A stretch of DNA of 63,381 bases, counting the filler, from Octopus bimaculoides (taxonomy: Eukaryota), in the NCBI RefSeq assembly GCF_001194135.2. It is 4 parts of 4 records of this genome, joined end to end, with 100 filler letters (N's around TTAATTAATTAA, not from the genome) between each part and the next. Parts side by side here need not be neighbours in the genome. Positions count along the whole stretch, not along the records: positions 1 to 23,747 come from NC_068984.1; positions 23,848 to 47,172 come from NC_068999.1; 2 more parts are not named here. The stretch is one strand, 5' to 3'. Numbering within the stretch: the first letter of the stretch is position 1; each line of letters starts with the position of its first letter. The position numbers and the translations under genes were made by a program. Shown here piece after piece: positions 13,922 through 26,026 of the stretch. The notes beneath the pieces are model-generated. The model was not told the DNA's origin and searched no databases. It was given only the letters and a program-made list of their open reading frames with translations.

Positions 13922-14120
13922 GTGACACTGGGCAAAATACTTAGTTGCATTTCAGCCATCTTCACATTCTGAGTTCAAATTCCACCAAAGTTGACATGCC
14001 TTTCATCCTTTGGGGTTGATAAAATTTGTACCATCGAAGACTGGGATCGATGTAATCGACTAACTCCCTTCCCCAAAATTTCAGGCCTTATACCTTATAG
14101 TAGATAATATTATTATTATT
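13922..14120 (+). mobile_element. SINE family B, second tandem copy
   Basis: Same B-box and core as 13655-13897, with a short att tail. Confidence 0.8.
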
Positions 14121-14374
14121 ACTTATAACAATGATACATGGTCATAAATTTTAAGGGAAGAGTGCAGTCAGTTAAATGAACCAGTATTTGGCTTGTGCTT
14201 GATCATATTGAGAGATGATTGGTAAATCCACTTCCAGTGAGATTTCAATTTAGAAGATAATGAACATGTCTACTGCACATTTTGTCTAGTGATCTATCAA
14301 TTCTGCATTCTACCTTCGTTATGATAATAATATTTTTATTTCTTATAAGAACAATATGTGTGCAATTATTCTTT

Positions 14375-14590
14375 ATTTTTTCTACTCTAGGCACAAGGCC
14401 CGAAATTTTGGGGGAGGGGGCCAGTCGATTAGATCGACCCCAGTACGCAATGAGTACTTTATTTATCAACCCTGAAAGATTGCAAGGCAAAGTCGACCTT
14501 GGTGGAATTTGAACTCAGAACGTAAAGACAGACGACATACTACTAAGCATTTCACCCAGCATGCTGTTTCTTCCAGCTCGCTGCCTTAAT
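14375..14590 (-). mobile_element. SINE family B, inverted copy
   Basis: ggaatttgaactcagaa and gcaaagtcgacc are reverse complements of the family B core. Confidence 0.8.
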
Positions 14591-15950
14591 ATGTGCAGTT
14601 ATTATAATACAATACTCTCAGTAAAAGGCATAACATATATTTAGTTGATTTGTTCTTTATGCTGACAATTGAAATCCAGTGGCAACCAAATTTAAATCCC
14701 ATCCCATCCTCAGTCTTTCCCTCTTTCTCTCTCTCTCTCTATCTCTATCTCTCTATCTCTCCCTCTCTCTCTCTCTATCTCTCTATCTCTCTGTAACTAA
14801 CCAGCATTAATATACAAGTATTGAATTGAAGTATGTCTTCAAATGGCTTTATAAATACATTGATGTACAAGATTTATTTGATGGTTGATAATAATCTAAG
14901 GTGTAATTACCTTCCATTCCATTGAAGACAAAATCTTGCTACTTTATATGTATTTTTTTCTTGTTTTGTTTTCGTTGTTATATTGTTTTATTTCCTTGCT
15001 ATTAATATGTATATAATGTTTCATGGCAACAATAAACAGCAAGGTACTACCGCTATAGAAAATGAAATATATATAAATGGTTACAAATTACACAGAGAGA
15101 TTATCCAAATTGAAATGATATTATAATTGGCAGCTTCTGGACAGAATAATGATTAACATTATTAGAACTACAGTAATCACTGCTTCCAACACACTTTTAC
15201 CCAACTCTGCAATCTACTGTTTCTATCTTTGGTGTTTTCAGATCTTTATCAATTTTCATCATATTCATTAATATTTATTGCTATTCCTTTTTAATGCCTT
15301 ATTTGAAGCACATAACGACGGAGAACCAAAGTAAATAAAAATTATCTGATTTTCAATTGCCTCCTTCAGCGAACAATTAACTTATCAAAGAAAGAAAATC
15401 TGTTTTAAGAATGGCTTATCAAATATTAGTAGTTAAAAATGACATAACGTATCAAAGAAATTTCTAGCATTTATTGTAAAAAGTAAAAACCAAAATAAAT
15501 ATTTGCTTTACTTAATGGTAATCTCAAGGTATTTGCTTTTTGACAGAAACCAGAATGCTGTTTTCTAAACCTGAAATTCAGAATGCAATTTTCTAGACTT
15601 TAAGTATTTACTTTTTCTACCTAATGCTGCTTGCTAGTCAATAATTTAAAATTAATTTGAAAGATGACAGAAATTAGTTGCTTCCTCTTCTTCTATGCTA
15701 TCATCATCAAACATCAGATGTCATTACTCATTTACTGGCATTTGTTAGAACATCTATTTTCAAATGATTTCATCAGTGTGTTTATCAAATGTCTTTGTCA
15801 ATAAATGTACTTTAATGAAGTATAGACAAATATGGAAATAATTTTTAAGGAAATTGTAAATAGGATTTTGTTATAATGGTATCATTTTTCTTAGTCCTCA
15901 ATAGCCTTTTTGACCATCCTTATGACAGTTTACTTATGAACGATGAGCTG

Positions 15951-16128
15951 CATCATGGAATAAGATACATCATAGAATAGTGATTCATCATAAAATAAGA
16001 TACATCATAGAATAATGATGCATCATGAGATAAGACATCATAGAATAATGATGCATCATGGGATAAGGTACATCATAGAATAATGATGCATCATGCAATA
16101 GGATACATCATGGAATAATGATGCATCT
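15951..16128. repeat. 35-bp minisatellite, about 5 copies, dimeric and palindromic
   Basis: Unit is approximately catcatggaataagata + catcatagaataatgatg. Unit junctions create the palindrome atgatgcatcat. Confidence 0.9.
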
Positions 16129-18204
16129 TAGGCTAGTGATGCACCACGGGTCAAGAACTTAGATTCACTGCTAAACTGTCATTTGATTTTCAGGTGGAGT
16201 ACTTAATTCTGAATTGCTTTAGTTTTTAAGGATTGACAGCAGATCAAAATGAAAACTTTCAGTCTTAGACTTGAGGCTATTATTCAGTTTTAGACCATCA
16301 TACTGTGTTTAATTTGAATTGCAGATAACATATAATAGTGAAGCACAGCAGCTTATTTATTATTAAATTCCTCATGCAAAGATTTCTACTACTAAATGCA
16401 AATCTTCTACGGTCAATAGCAATTCCATCCACTTCTATTACAAACATTTTAGTATATTCCTGTTCATATCAGCTAAAATTTTGTTTGATCACAACTGATT
16501 GCACAATCTGCATCAATTGAATAGACTTCTGGAACAGAGTAAATCATTCCTTCACACATATTAAGCAGAATATGAGGAATTTATTTGAATACAAGTTGTT
16601 TTATCATACTTACTAAAAGCTTTATATTCAACCTAGCTTCACATCAGTGCACAATTTGTTAGAATCATCAAATAATTAATATCCTTGCCATCATTTCCCC
16701 ACCCTCATTCCTATCAGTAGTAACACCATTGTTAGTATTTTCCAGATACTGCTAAAGGCATTGCCATCATCGTTCCCAACACATATTGTCATCATAATTG
16801 TCTCACTAATTCTAACCTGTGCTTCTATTATGTTATCTCAGCCTTTGTTTATTTCATCCACTTCTATTAGTCGCAACTGATCCCAATGCACTGTACATTA
16901 GTTGTGTATTTTCTTAACTATTATCTGAATGACAACCCCAATCTACTGAAATTGTATGGTATTTCTTCATATGGCTCTCATTAAATTTCTGTATTTGTTT
17001 ATTTTCCCAGAATCGAAGTGAGCCAATAAGCAAGATTCTATTTGCTTGCACAACCTGCTAGAAATAGCAGTAAAGTATCCTCAAATCACATTTTACTGAT
17101 ATAACAAAATGCCTTTTGTGATGTTGTCTTACATGCACAAAAGACTGGTGTGGTTATATCTGCAATGTTTTTGATCATGAATCTACTTGCTCAAGGACCT
17201 GGGACAAGCAGCTGCACTAACTAGACTCTCTCATAATAATGCCAAAACCCCCAATTTTCTAAATGTCTTATTCCTGTTAAGGTTTATAACTCCGTTCATA
17301 CCATCTATTCTTTTAAATATGAAAGAAACATTTGTAAAACCTGACAGTATTTTCTGGAAAATCTTTTGTTCCAATAGATTGATCAAATTTGTCATTAAAT
17401 ATAGAAAACAAGAAATATGACGAATGGCAACGTTAGCATTTTGCAAAGGAAATAATTACCACTTTGCTTTTTACCTCAAATAGATGTTCTGTTCAAAGAA
17501 TATTTCACACAAGGGAGTTTTCATAAATAAACTTTCAGTATTTTAACTGAAAATTCATGTGGTTGAATTCACAATTTAATCAAATTTACATGTAGAACAA
17601 AACAGTGTTGAGAAATGAACAAAGAAAGAGAATGAAATGTTTCCTTCTTTGCTGTAAGAACAGTTGCAATTTACATTGCAAGCAAACAAATATTGAGTTA
17701 ATATTTTCATAAGAAAGTTTGTGTCACTATTTCAGTAAGTTATGATAGATATTACAGTATATATTGTAAAGAATAAGAAAACTATTGCCATATTGGTTTT
17801 GGAATACTATTGTCAAGAGACAAGTGGACATTTATGCATGAATTAATTTGATATGGTGTATAAATATAACTACAGAGTTCTTGACAAGGGCAGGTCATTT
17901 ACTACATTCTTGTCATTGATATACTGGTGCTCGTAGATAAGAGTTAATCTGTCATTACAACAATATTGTAAGCTACATAACAGACTATCATTTATTCTTT
18001 TAGATTAACACTTAGCTGTAATATTTCCATTTTAGCTTTCTATTTTCTTCCTCAGTGTCTCAGTGTAGTTTTGGAAGTAAGATTTGAACTTCTAAATAAA
18101 CAAGAAAGCATATATTACCCATTTAACAATACCTTTGTAGTTATTCAGAAAGTGTAGATTCTAATATAACAAGACACACAATAACCACAAGACGATGATT
18201 TAAT

Positions 18205-18385
18205 AGGCACAGTCATGGCCATGTGGTTAAGAAACTCACCTTGCACCCAAGTAGTTTTGTGTTCAGTCCTACTGCTCCACACCTTGAACAAGTGACTTCT
18301 TCTATAGTTCCAGGCCAGCCAATGGCTTGTGAGTGAATTTTATTTACAAACATTGTATAGAAGCCCATCATATGCACATACATAT
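18205..18385 (+). mobile_element. SINE family A, diverged 5' portion
   Basis: ggccatgtggttaagaa...gttcagtcctactg...caccttgaacaagtg...gccttgtgagtgaattt. Confidence 0.7.
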
Positions 18386-19669
18386 CATATGAAGGTACTG
18401 TGAATAAAGACAGAGTGACCTGAGAATATTATGCCAGATTTAGAAAAATATGGCAATCAAAATTCTCTTCCTACAAGACAATATCTCACAATGCATTTGC
18501 AGCACCAGTGCTAATTCCAATAATTGGGGTACTTTATCGGTCTGTAGAAGAGATCCACTTCATAGACGTTAAAACCAGCATGGTACTGACATCAACCAGA
18601 AATTTCTACAGAAATAGTGGTATCGACAGGTTCTACCGAAGAAGAGATAAAGGAAATAGAGTCTTGATATTAGTGCAGACATCCTTCAAATATTGTATAG
18701 TCTCTCTCAGACAGCACTTGCTAAACAACAACAGCAAAAATGAATACATTAACTTAGTGCTAAAAAATGAAGGAACTATATCCTACTTGCTGATATAAAA
18801 TATTTAATGAAAGAAACTAATGTGGCTGGTAGATGTTGGCTACCACTGTTCGTTGAACTAATTTGCTAACTGCTAGAAGCTGTATGTGATTGCTGAAGTT
18901 GGGAGCTAACTGTTATTTCTAGCGTCAAAGGTCAACAGTTGTGTATAGAAGAAAGCAATGAAATCTGGTTAGATTTCTACAGACTTTGTCTCAGGTTGAG
19001 AGAGTATGAATGTGATTGTGCTTGGTTTAATTAATTGAAAGTACTACGACGACTGTTGAGAGACTAAATGTTATTGAAATAGTATTATGATAAAAGTTGA
19101 GAAAGTTTGGATGATATTGTAACTGAAATAGTATTAGAAAAGTTACTGTTAGTCATTGTATTACTGAGGATGGTTCGTCATGATGATATCAGCTAGGTTC
19201 AGCCACTGCCCATGTCTGTTCGCCATGTCGTCTGCCAGTTGTTTCTGCTACAACCAAGGCTCTCTGGGTTGGGTGGTCACGTGTGTTGATTTAATACTGA
19301 TCGGGAGGCTCAGAAGGGTGCACACCAAGAATTGATATCAGTCACTGGAGCCCTTTTCCACGTGAAGTCGCAACTAACCAGATACCCGTTGATCAAGTGG
19401 GCAATTTTCCAGTGACTCTCAACATTCAGGCGAATGATGAATATTCTCACTACACTAATAAGCAAGGATAGTAACAGAAGACGGGTATTCGTATACGTAG
19501 AATGTCCTTCAATTTAGTGACAAAAATAAGACAAGTCTTTTCGGACTTGAGAAAAAACGTATAAAATTTATTTTCTAAATTTTCAAAAATTAGACAAACT
19601 AGAAGCTGGAACTAAATTTTAAATCTTTGACAAATCAGGTGATGGAAACAGTGACTGACCAATAGGTGA

Positions 19670-19807
19670 TCAATTTATGAAAAGAATGGGTAGCTTGAGA
19701 AAGAGGAAGAAGGTACTTTGATGCCTTGTGAGGGGGAGAGAATGTAAGTTGGGAAAGCACTGGTGTGTTCAGAGAAAGATAGAAGGTGTGAAAGAGATAA
19801 ATAGATT

Positions 19808-19852
<45 letters not shown>

Positions 19853-20620
19853 GTATAGAGAGAGGGAAGTGTGTATGAGTGAATGAATGACTGACTGACT
19901 GAGCTGTTTCAGAAGAAGTAAAAAACAGAGTTGGGAATGATGAAACGAAAAGAGGAATAGATAAAATGTTAGAGATAAATAGGTATAAAGAAGGAAACAA
20001 AATAGAAAAATACAACGATAGAAAGATAAATGGATGCAAGCATTGAAAGAGAAGTATGTATAAGGAGAAAAAATGACAAAGATAGTTATCTAGTGAAAAT
20101 GCTCAACAGAGAAAGCTATAGAAAAATAAGTGTAAAGAAATGAGAATAAATAGGTTGGTAGATGTGTATATTGAGACAGAAAGATAGATAGAGAGCAATA
20201 GAGAAAAGATAGATAGGAAGATAAATTGATAGAGAGAATGAGAAAGATTAACGGAGATCGCACGAAGGGAGGAAGGATAATGCGCATTTCGACCTCGCGA
20301 AAAAAGACAGATTTTTAACAAACCAGGAAATGAGAATAAACCGGACTGATGAATTCAAAAAAAGAATGGGTAGTTTGAAAAACAGGAAGGTTACATGGTG
20401 CCTTTTGGGAGGAGAGAGAAAAAGAGTACAAGTGGATTGAGAGAAAGATAGGGAGTGAAGGAGAGGAAGGATCATTCCTGAAATAAAACAGAGTAGGGAG
20501 TAGAGTGAAACGAAAAGAGTAATGGAAGGATGAGTAGATGGGTAAATGGAGAGAAGACCAAATGGATGTAACTGTAGATTGAAAGGCATAAAACGATAGA
20601 GATTAAATATTTTTATATAT
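19670..20620 (+). repeat. Purine-rich region with a degenerate internal duplication
   Basis: aaaagaatgggtag(c/t)ttga and gaaacgaaaagag recur about 650-680 bp apart. Includes a (GATA)n array. Confidence 0.6.
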
Positions 20621-20906
20621 NNNNNNNNNNNNNNNNNNNNNNNNNNNNNNNNNNNNNNNNNNNNNNNNNNNNNNNNNNNNNNNNNNNNNNNNNNNNNNNN
20701 NNNNNNNNNNNNNNNNNNNNNNNNNNNNNNNNNNNNNNNNNNNNNNNNNNNNNNNNNNNNNNNNNNNNNNNNNNNNNNNNNNNNNNNNNNNNNNNNNNNN
20801 NNNNNNNNNNNNNNNNNNNNNNNNNNNNNNNNNNNNNNNNNNNNNNNNNNNNNNNNNNNNNNNNNNNNNNNNNNNNNNNNNNNNNNNNNNNNNNNNNNNN
20901 NNNNNN

Positions 20907-21209
20907 GTACTAATTCTATCGGGCTCTTTTGCCGAACCGCTAAGTGACGGGGACATAAACACACCAGCATCGGTTGTCAAGCAATGCTAGGGGGGACAAG
21001 CACAGACACACAAACACACACACATACATATATATATACATATATACGACGGGCTTCGTTCAGTTTCCGTCTACCAAATCCACTCACAAGGCTTTGGTCG
21101 TCCCGAGGCTATAGTAGAAGACACTTGCCCAAGATGCCACGCAGTGGGACTGAACCCGGAACCATGTGGTTGGTAAGCAAGCTACTTACCACACAGCCAC
21201 TCCTGCGCC
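20907..21209 (-). mobile_element. SINE family A, near-consensus young copy
   Basis: Reverse complement starts ggcgcaggagtggctgtgtggtaagtagcttgc, nearly identical to 48385. Has an internal (TA)/(TG) microsatellite. Confidence 0.9.
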
Positions 21210-21224
21210 ATATATATATATACA

Positions 21225-21335
21225 CAGTAATCCCTCGACTATTGCAGGTGTTACGTTCCAAACCACCCAATGATTGGTAAAAATCTGCGAAGTAGAAACA
21301 GTACTGTTTATTTTTCATTATTTTTTATAATTTGT
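21225..21335. mobile_element. Tigger-like left TIR fragment
   Basis: cagtaatccctcgactattgcagg.gttacgttcc...aaaatctgcgaagtag, a Tigger-type terminus next to a TA run. Confidence 0.6.
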
Positions 21336-21337
21336 AT

Positions 21338-21545
21338 ATCATCATCATCATCATCATCATCATCATCGTTTAACGCCCGTTTTCCCTGCTAGCATGTGTT
21401 GGACGGTTCGACCGGGGTCTGGGAAGCCAGAAGGCTGCACCAGGCTCCAGTCTGATCTGGCAGTGTTTCTACAGCTGTATGCCCCTCCTAATGTCAACCA
21501 CACGGGGGCGTAGTGGGTGCTTTTTACGTGCCACTAGCACAGGGG
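21338..21545 (-). mobile_element. SINE family C with (TGA)n tail
   Basis: A (cat)n tail precedes cgtttaacg.ccg.tttcc.tgctagcatg...ggctgcaccaggctccagtctgatctggc, a repeat I recall as common in octopus. Confidence 0.65.
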
Positions 21546-21624
21546 CCAGAGGATTATGCTCGTTTATAACCTCCACGTGATGTCAAAGTAAGGCTGCATG
21601 CACACACACACACACATTTCTCTA

Positions 21625-21656
<32 letters not shown>

Positions 21657-21659
21657 ACC

Positions 21660-21817
21660 TAAAAAAAGGTTTAAGGATGGCATAAGGACTGCTATGAAGT
21701 AAATTTGAATGACTCCAAAGAATATAGAAGCCCTTGCTTCGGATCGAGTTGGATGGCGAACAGGGGTGTGGAGTGGAGTGAAAGCATTTGAAGAGGCCAG
21801 GATGACGCAAGCGGGAC
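21660..21817 (+). mobile_element. RTE LINE C-terminal fragment
   Basis: KRFKDGIRTAMK...NIEALASDRVGWRTGVWSGVKAFEEAR matches the RTE KRxKD...LAxDRxxWR..V..G...FE motif. Runs into a gap. Confidence 0.75.
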
Positions 21818-22696
21818 NNNNNNNNNNNNNNNNNNNNNNNNNNNNNNNNNNNNNNNNNNNNNNNNNNNNNNNNNNNNNNNNNNNNNNNNNNNNNNNNNNN
21901 NNNNNNNNNNNNNNNNNNNNNNNNNNNNNNNNNNNNNNNNNNNNNNNNNNNNNNNNNNNNNNNNNNNNNNNNNNNNNNNNNNNNNNNNNNNNNNNNNNNN
22001 NNNNNNNNNNNNNNNNNNNNNNNNNNNNNNNNNNNNNNNNNNNNNNNNNNNNNNNNNNNNNNNNNNNNNNNNNNNNNNNNNNNNNNNNNNNNNNNNNNNN
22101 NNNNNNNNNNNNNNNNNNNNNNNNNNNNNNNNNNNNNNNNNNNNNNNNNNNNNNNNNNNNNNNNNNNNNNNNNNNNNNNNNNNNNNNNNNNNNNNNNNNN
22201 NNNNNNNNNNNNNNNNNNNNNNNNNNNNNNNNNNNNNNNNNNNNNNNNNNNNNNNNNNNNNNNNNNNNNNNNNNNNNNNNNNNNNNNNNNNNNNNNNNNN
22301 NNNNNNNNNNNNNNNNNNNNNNNNNNNNNNNNNNNNNNNNNNNNNNNNNNNNNNNNNNNNNNNNNNNNNNNNNNNNNNNNNNNNNNNNNNNNNNNNNNNN
22401 NNNNNNNNNNNNNNNNNNNNNNNNNNNNNNNNNNNNNNNNNNNNNNNNNNNNNNNNNNNNNNNNNNNNNNNNNNNNNNNNNNNNNNNNNNNNNNNNNNNN
22501 NNNNNNNNNNNNNNNNNNNNNNNNNNNNNNNNNNNNNNNNNNNNNNNNNNNNNNNNNNNNNNNNNNNNNNNNNNNNNNNNNNNNNNNNNNNNNNNNNNNN
22601 NNNNNNNNNNNNNNNNNNNNNNNNNNNNNNNNNNNNNNNNNNNNNNNNNNNNNNNNNNNNNNNNNNNNNNNNNNNNNNNNNNNNNNNNNNNNNNNN

Positions 22697-23030
22697 TATA
22701 CATTTGAAGATAAGCAACAAAAATTCAATAGGTTATAGCAGTACGTACGTTTCGTACAAGCTCCATTTATTCATGTAGTGAGAACACCACAGAAAATACA
22801 ATGAAAATGTACTCCTCAGCTGCATAATGGAATTTCATTTTAGAAAGTCGAAACGTACGTACTGCTATAACCTATTGAATTTTTGTTGCTTAACTTCAAA
22901 TTTTATTCACCAAATCTCTTGATTTTGTTTTTGGTTTTTATCCTACCAAATTCTGGTGCCTCAAACATTTTAAGTACCACATTTAATCTTTTGATTAAAT
23001 CTATATTATATATATATATACATATATATA
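22697..23030. mobile_element. Penelope-like pLTR (copy 2) as an inverted pair
   Basis: Arms 22703-22754 and 22849-22900 match at 51/52 nt with a 94-nt spacer. Same family as 1907-2163. Confidence 0.6.
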
Positions 23031-23324
23031 TACATATATAAAGGTAAGCAGAGTTAGTGGTTGGGATAACTGTCTAAGGGATAACAATATCTGTTCTTAC
23101 TACCGGTATCCCTTACCTATGTTATCCTTGGTCATAGGTATGCAAGCACACTATGCTAGTAGGATACATACAGGTAATAACTGAGTAAACGAAAGTTTAT
23201 CAAGAATCAAATTTAAATAAACAGAAAATGGAGAAAACTTTTGATCAACAAATTGACCAACATCGGTTAATTATTTTTCAATCCAAAACATAACGTCATA
23301 TATATGTGTGTGTATGTGTATGGA

Positions 23325-23747
23325 GATGGCTTTATTTCCACACACGCCAGGTTAATTTAATTCGTCCTTAGTCGAAAGACATCTGTTGTTATGTCCTGTT
23401 ATTATTGTTATTGTATTTGTGTAACATTGTTTGTATTTTTTTCCGTCCTTGTTTTTGTATACATTCGTTGCTTTCTTCCAAGGAATCTGATGTTCTTAGC
23501 TTAGTTTTTCCTTGGAGCTGGCCAGATTGGAGCAATATCGAGAACAACCAGCCGAAATTGCAAAGATAATCTGGATCTCGACTGAGGAAAGAAAACTCCG
23601 AATGACCTGTCTTTGTTTTCTTCGTATCGTGTATGTGGATGTTTTGCGTTCTTGTCCCATTTTGTATTATATAGATTGCTGACCACAACATTCAATTTTT
23701 TTCTCCGTGTTTTTCTCCTTGTTTTCTCCTTATTCTTTCTGTTGAAG
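23325..23747. mobile_element. Unclassified interspersed repeat
   Basis: Shares its terminus with 4095-4193 and has higher GC than the flanks. ORF 23389..23691 shows no recognisable domain. Confidence 0.5.
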
Positions 23748-23847
23748 NNNNNNNNNNNNNNNNNNNNNNNNNNNNNNNNNNNNNNNNNNNNTTAATTAAT
23801 TAANNNNNNNNNNNNNNNNNNNNNNNNNNNNNNNNNNNNNNNNNNNN
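23748..23847. other. Artificial scaffold join N44-TTAATTAATTAA-N44
   Basis: Exactly 100 bp. The 12-mer gives stops in all frames. Identical structure at 47173-47272 and 60328-60427. Confidence 0.92.
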
Positions 23848-23950
23848 TCTTCTTCTTCTTCTTCTTCTTCTTCTTCTTCTTCTTCTTCTTCTTCTTCTTC
23901 TTCTTCTTCTTCTTCTTCTTCTTCTTCTTCTTCTTCTTCTTCTTCTTCTT
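23848..23950 (+). repeat. (CTT)n microsatellite
   Basis: Pure array. Produces the poly-K and poly-R ORFs. Confidence 0.95.
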
Positions 23951-24100
23951 CGTGTCATGTATGTTGGCGTCTTCTCTTTCGTACTGTATGCATGCGACAA
24001 CTAGGTTACTCACTGAAGACATGAAAAGGCTAGCGCAATTTCGACATCAGCGTCTTCGCTGTATAATGTGTAACCAAGGGTAAATGCAAGTACAGTTAAA
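23951..24100 (+). mobile_element. RTE LINE RT-thumb fragment
   Basis: LSYCMHATTRLLTEDMKRLAQFRHQRLRCIM resembles LLYxCETWxL...KRLExFHxRCLRxI. Confidence 0.55.
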
Positions 24101-24259
24101 GTCTTCGAACGCAGTCGGTCTACGATAATTGACATTCTGTTAATTCATCATTCATTATGATTGAATGAGTATGCAGTCAGTATAGAAAACGAACTGATCC
24201 CAAAGCATTTTCTTTTAGTGAGTTAAACCAGGACAAATGATAACACAAAAAGTACATAA

Positions 24260-24310
<51 letters not shown>

Positions 24311-24906
24311 NNNNNNNNNNNNNNNNNNNNNNNNNNNNNNNNNNNNNNNNNNNNNNNNNNNNNNNNNNNNNNNNNNNNNNNNNNNNNNNNNNNNNNNNNN
24401 NNNNNNNNNNNNNNNNNNNNNNNNNNNNNNNNNNNNNNNNNNNNNNNNNNNNNNNNNNNNNNNNNNNNNNNNNNNNNNNNNNNNNNNNNNNNNNNNNNNN
24501 NNNNNNNNNNNNNNNNNNNNNNNNNNNNNNNNNNNNNNNNNNNNNNNNNNNNNNNNNNNNNNNNNNNNNNNNNNNNNNNNNNNNNNNNNNNNNNNNNNNN
24601 NNNNNNNNNNNNNNNNNNNNNNNNNNNNNNNNNNNNNNNNNNNNNNNNNNNNNNNNNNNNNNNNNNNNNNNNNNNNNNNNNNNNNNNNNNNNNNNNNNNN
24701 NNNNNNNNNNNNNNNNNNNNNNNNNNNNNNNNNNNNNNNNNNNNNNNNNNNNNNNNNNNNNNNNNNNNNNNNNNNNNNNNNNNNNNNNNNNNNNNNNNNN
24801 NNNNNNNNNNNNNNNNNNNNNNNNNNNNNNNNNNNNNNNNNNNNNNNNNNNNNNNNNNNNNNNNNNNNNNNNNNNNNNNNNNNNNNNNNNNNNNNNNNNN
24901 NNNNNN

Positions 24907-24939
<33 letters not shown>

Positions 24940-25019
24940 AAGGCAGACAGAATGTCTGTGTGTGCGTGTATGCATGTATGCGTGTGTGCGTATGTTATAT
25001 ATATATATATATATACATA

Positions 25020-25059
<40 letters not shown>

Positions 25060-25439
25060 CATCTATCTATATCTATATATTTATATACAGAAATGTAAAC
25101 ATATATGTATATATATATGTTTATATATATATATATATATTGTTTTTATTAATAATGAAATACACGACGTAACGTAATTGTGGATAGTTGAAATAATTCA
25201 ATATCACATATAAAGATTTTGAACAATATTCAACCGTGATCTCACTGTGAATACTATAAATTACAAGAAGATACAAGTGGCTGTGTTACTAATATCTTTA
25301 ATGGCAAACTATATATCTTCCTTCATTTATGATTCACTACGTACACCAGGTAGTTGTCAAATCGGTTCCGCCAGTTTTGCCTGAGAGTAGATAAAAACAA
25401 AAATAAATGTTTTTAAGATGATAGCCATACTTATAGGAT

Positions 25440-25985
25440 TGTTGGTATCGATGAAGTATGGAAATTCCTACGGGTCACACAAGCTTGTAATTGAGGTTCC
25501 TCGAAGATAACACGACTCCAGTAATGTCATGGATCTCATTCGCAGCATCTAGATGAGAGTAGTCTCTGGACCTTCATCATCCAAGTAGCTCAAGTTGGAA
25601 AAGTATGTTATAACTGGCTGCACCTTCTTTGTTATCTTTTTCACCTTAGCCATGTACATGGTGTTCAAATCAGTAGAAGTGGAGCGTCAAGGACCTCAGT
25701 TCAAATCCAGCGTGCATCCGCCTCATATAACAGCCTCCATTTACGATCTGACTGGAACAATATCGACAGTTGCTGATGGCAGAATGATCTTTCAGAGACT
25801 CAAAAAAATTATTTCATGGGTAAGGATTTACTTGAAACCATCAGAATCGAGGTCTTTCGCGCTAAGAAATTGGACTGCGGTCGAAAAGTTTCACCTCAGT
25901 TTGTCTGGCACGCCATCCTAGCCTTGACAAAACAAGTAGTCATGAGTTTGGGAAAACTCTTTGACACAGCCGAAAGGTCATAGTT
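25440..25985 (+). mobile_element. HERO-like non-LTR retrotransposon RT fragment
   Basis: NSYGSHKLV...LEKYVITGCTFFVIFFTLAMYMVFKSVEVERQGP...ASIYDLT...RLKKIISWVRIYLKPSESRS...SLSGTP...SLGKLFD aligns by eye to the HERO RT (GIxTGCTISVxLFxLAMNM.KSAExECRGP...AFMDDLT...FKPAKSRS...PVKSLGKxFD). Confidence 0.8.
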
Positions 25986-26026
25986 TTACCGAACCTGTAA
26001 AAACCATGAGAACTCGCTTATTAAAA

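Noticed and set aside
15951-16128. CRISPR-like repeat array
   Set aside because: No unique spacers, no cas genes, and a eukaryotic context. It is a minisatellite.
23580-23612. Hammerhead-like ctgaggaaagaaaactccgaat
   Set aside because: GAAA is replaced by GAAT, stem II is mis-registered, and stem I cannot be formed.
23792-23803. TTAATTAATTAA as a homeobox site or piggyBac target
   Set aside because: It sits centred in identical 44-N flanks three times, so it is an assembly linker.
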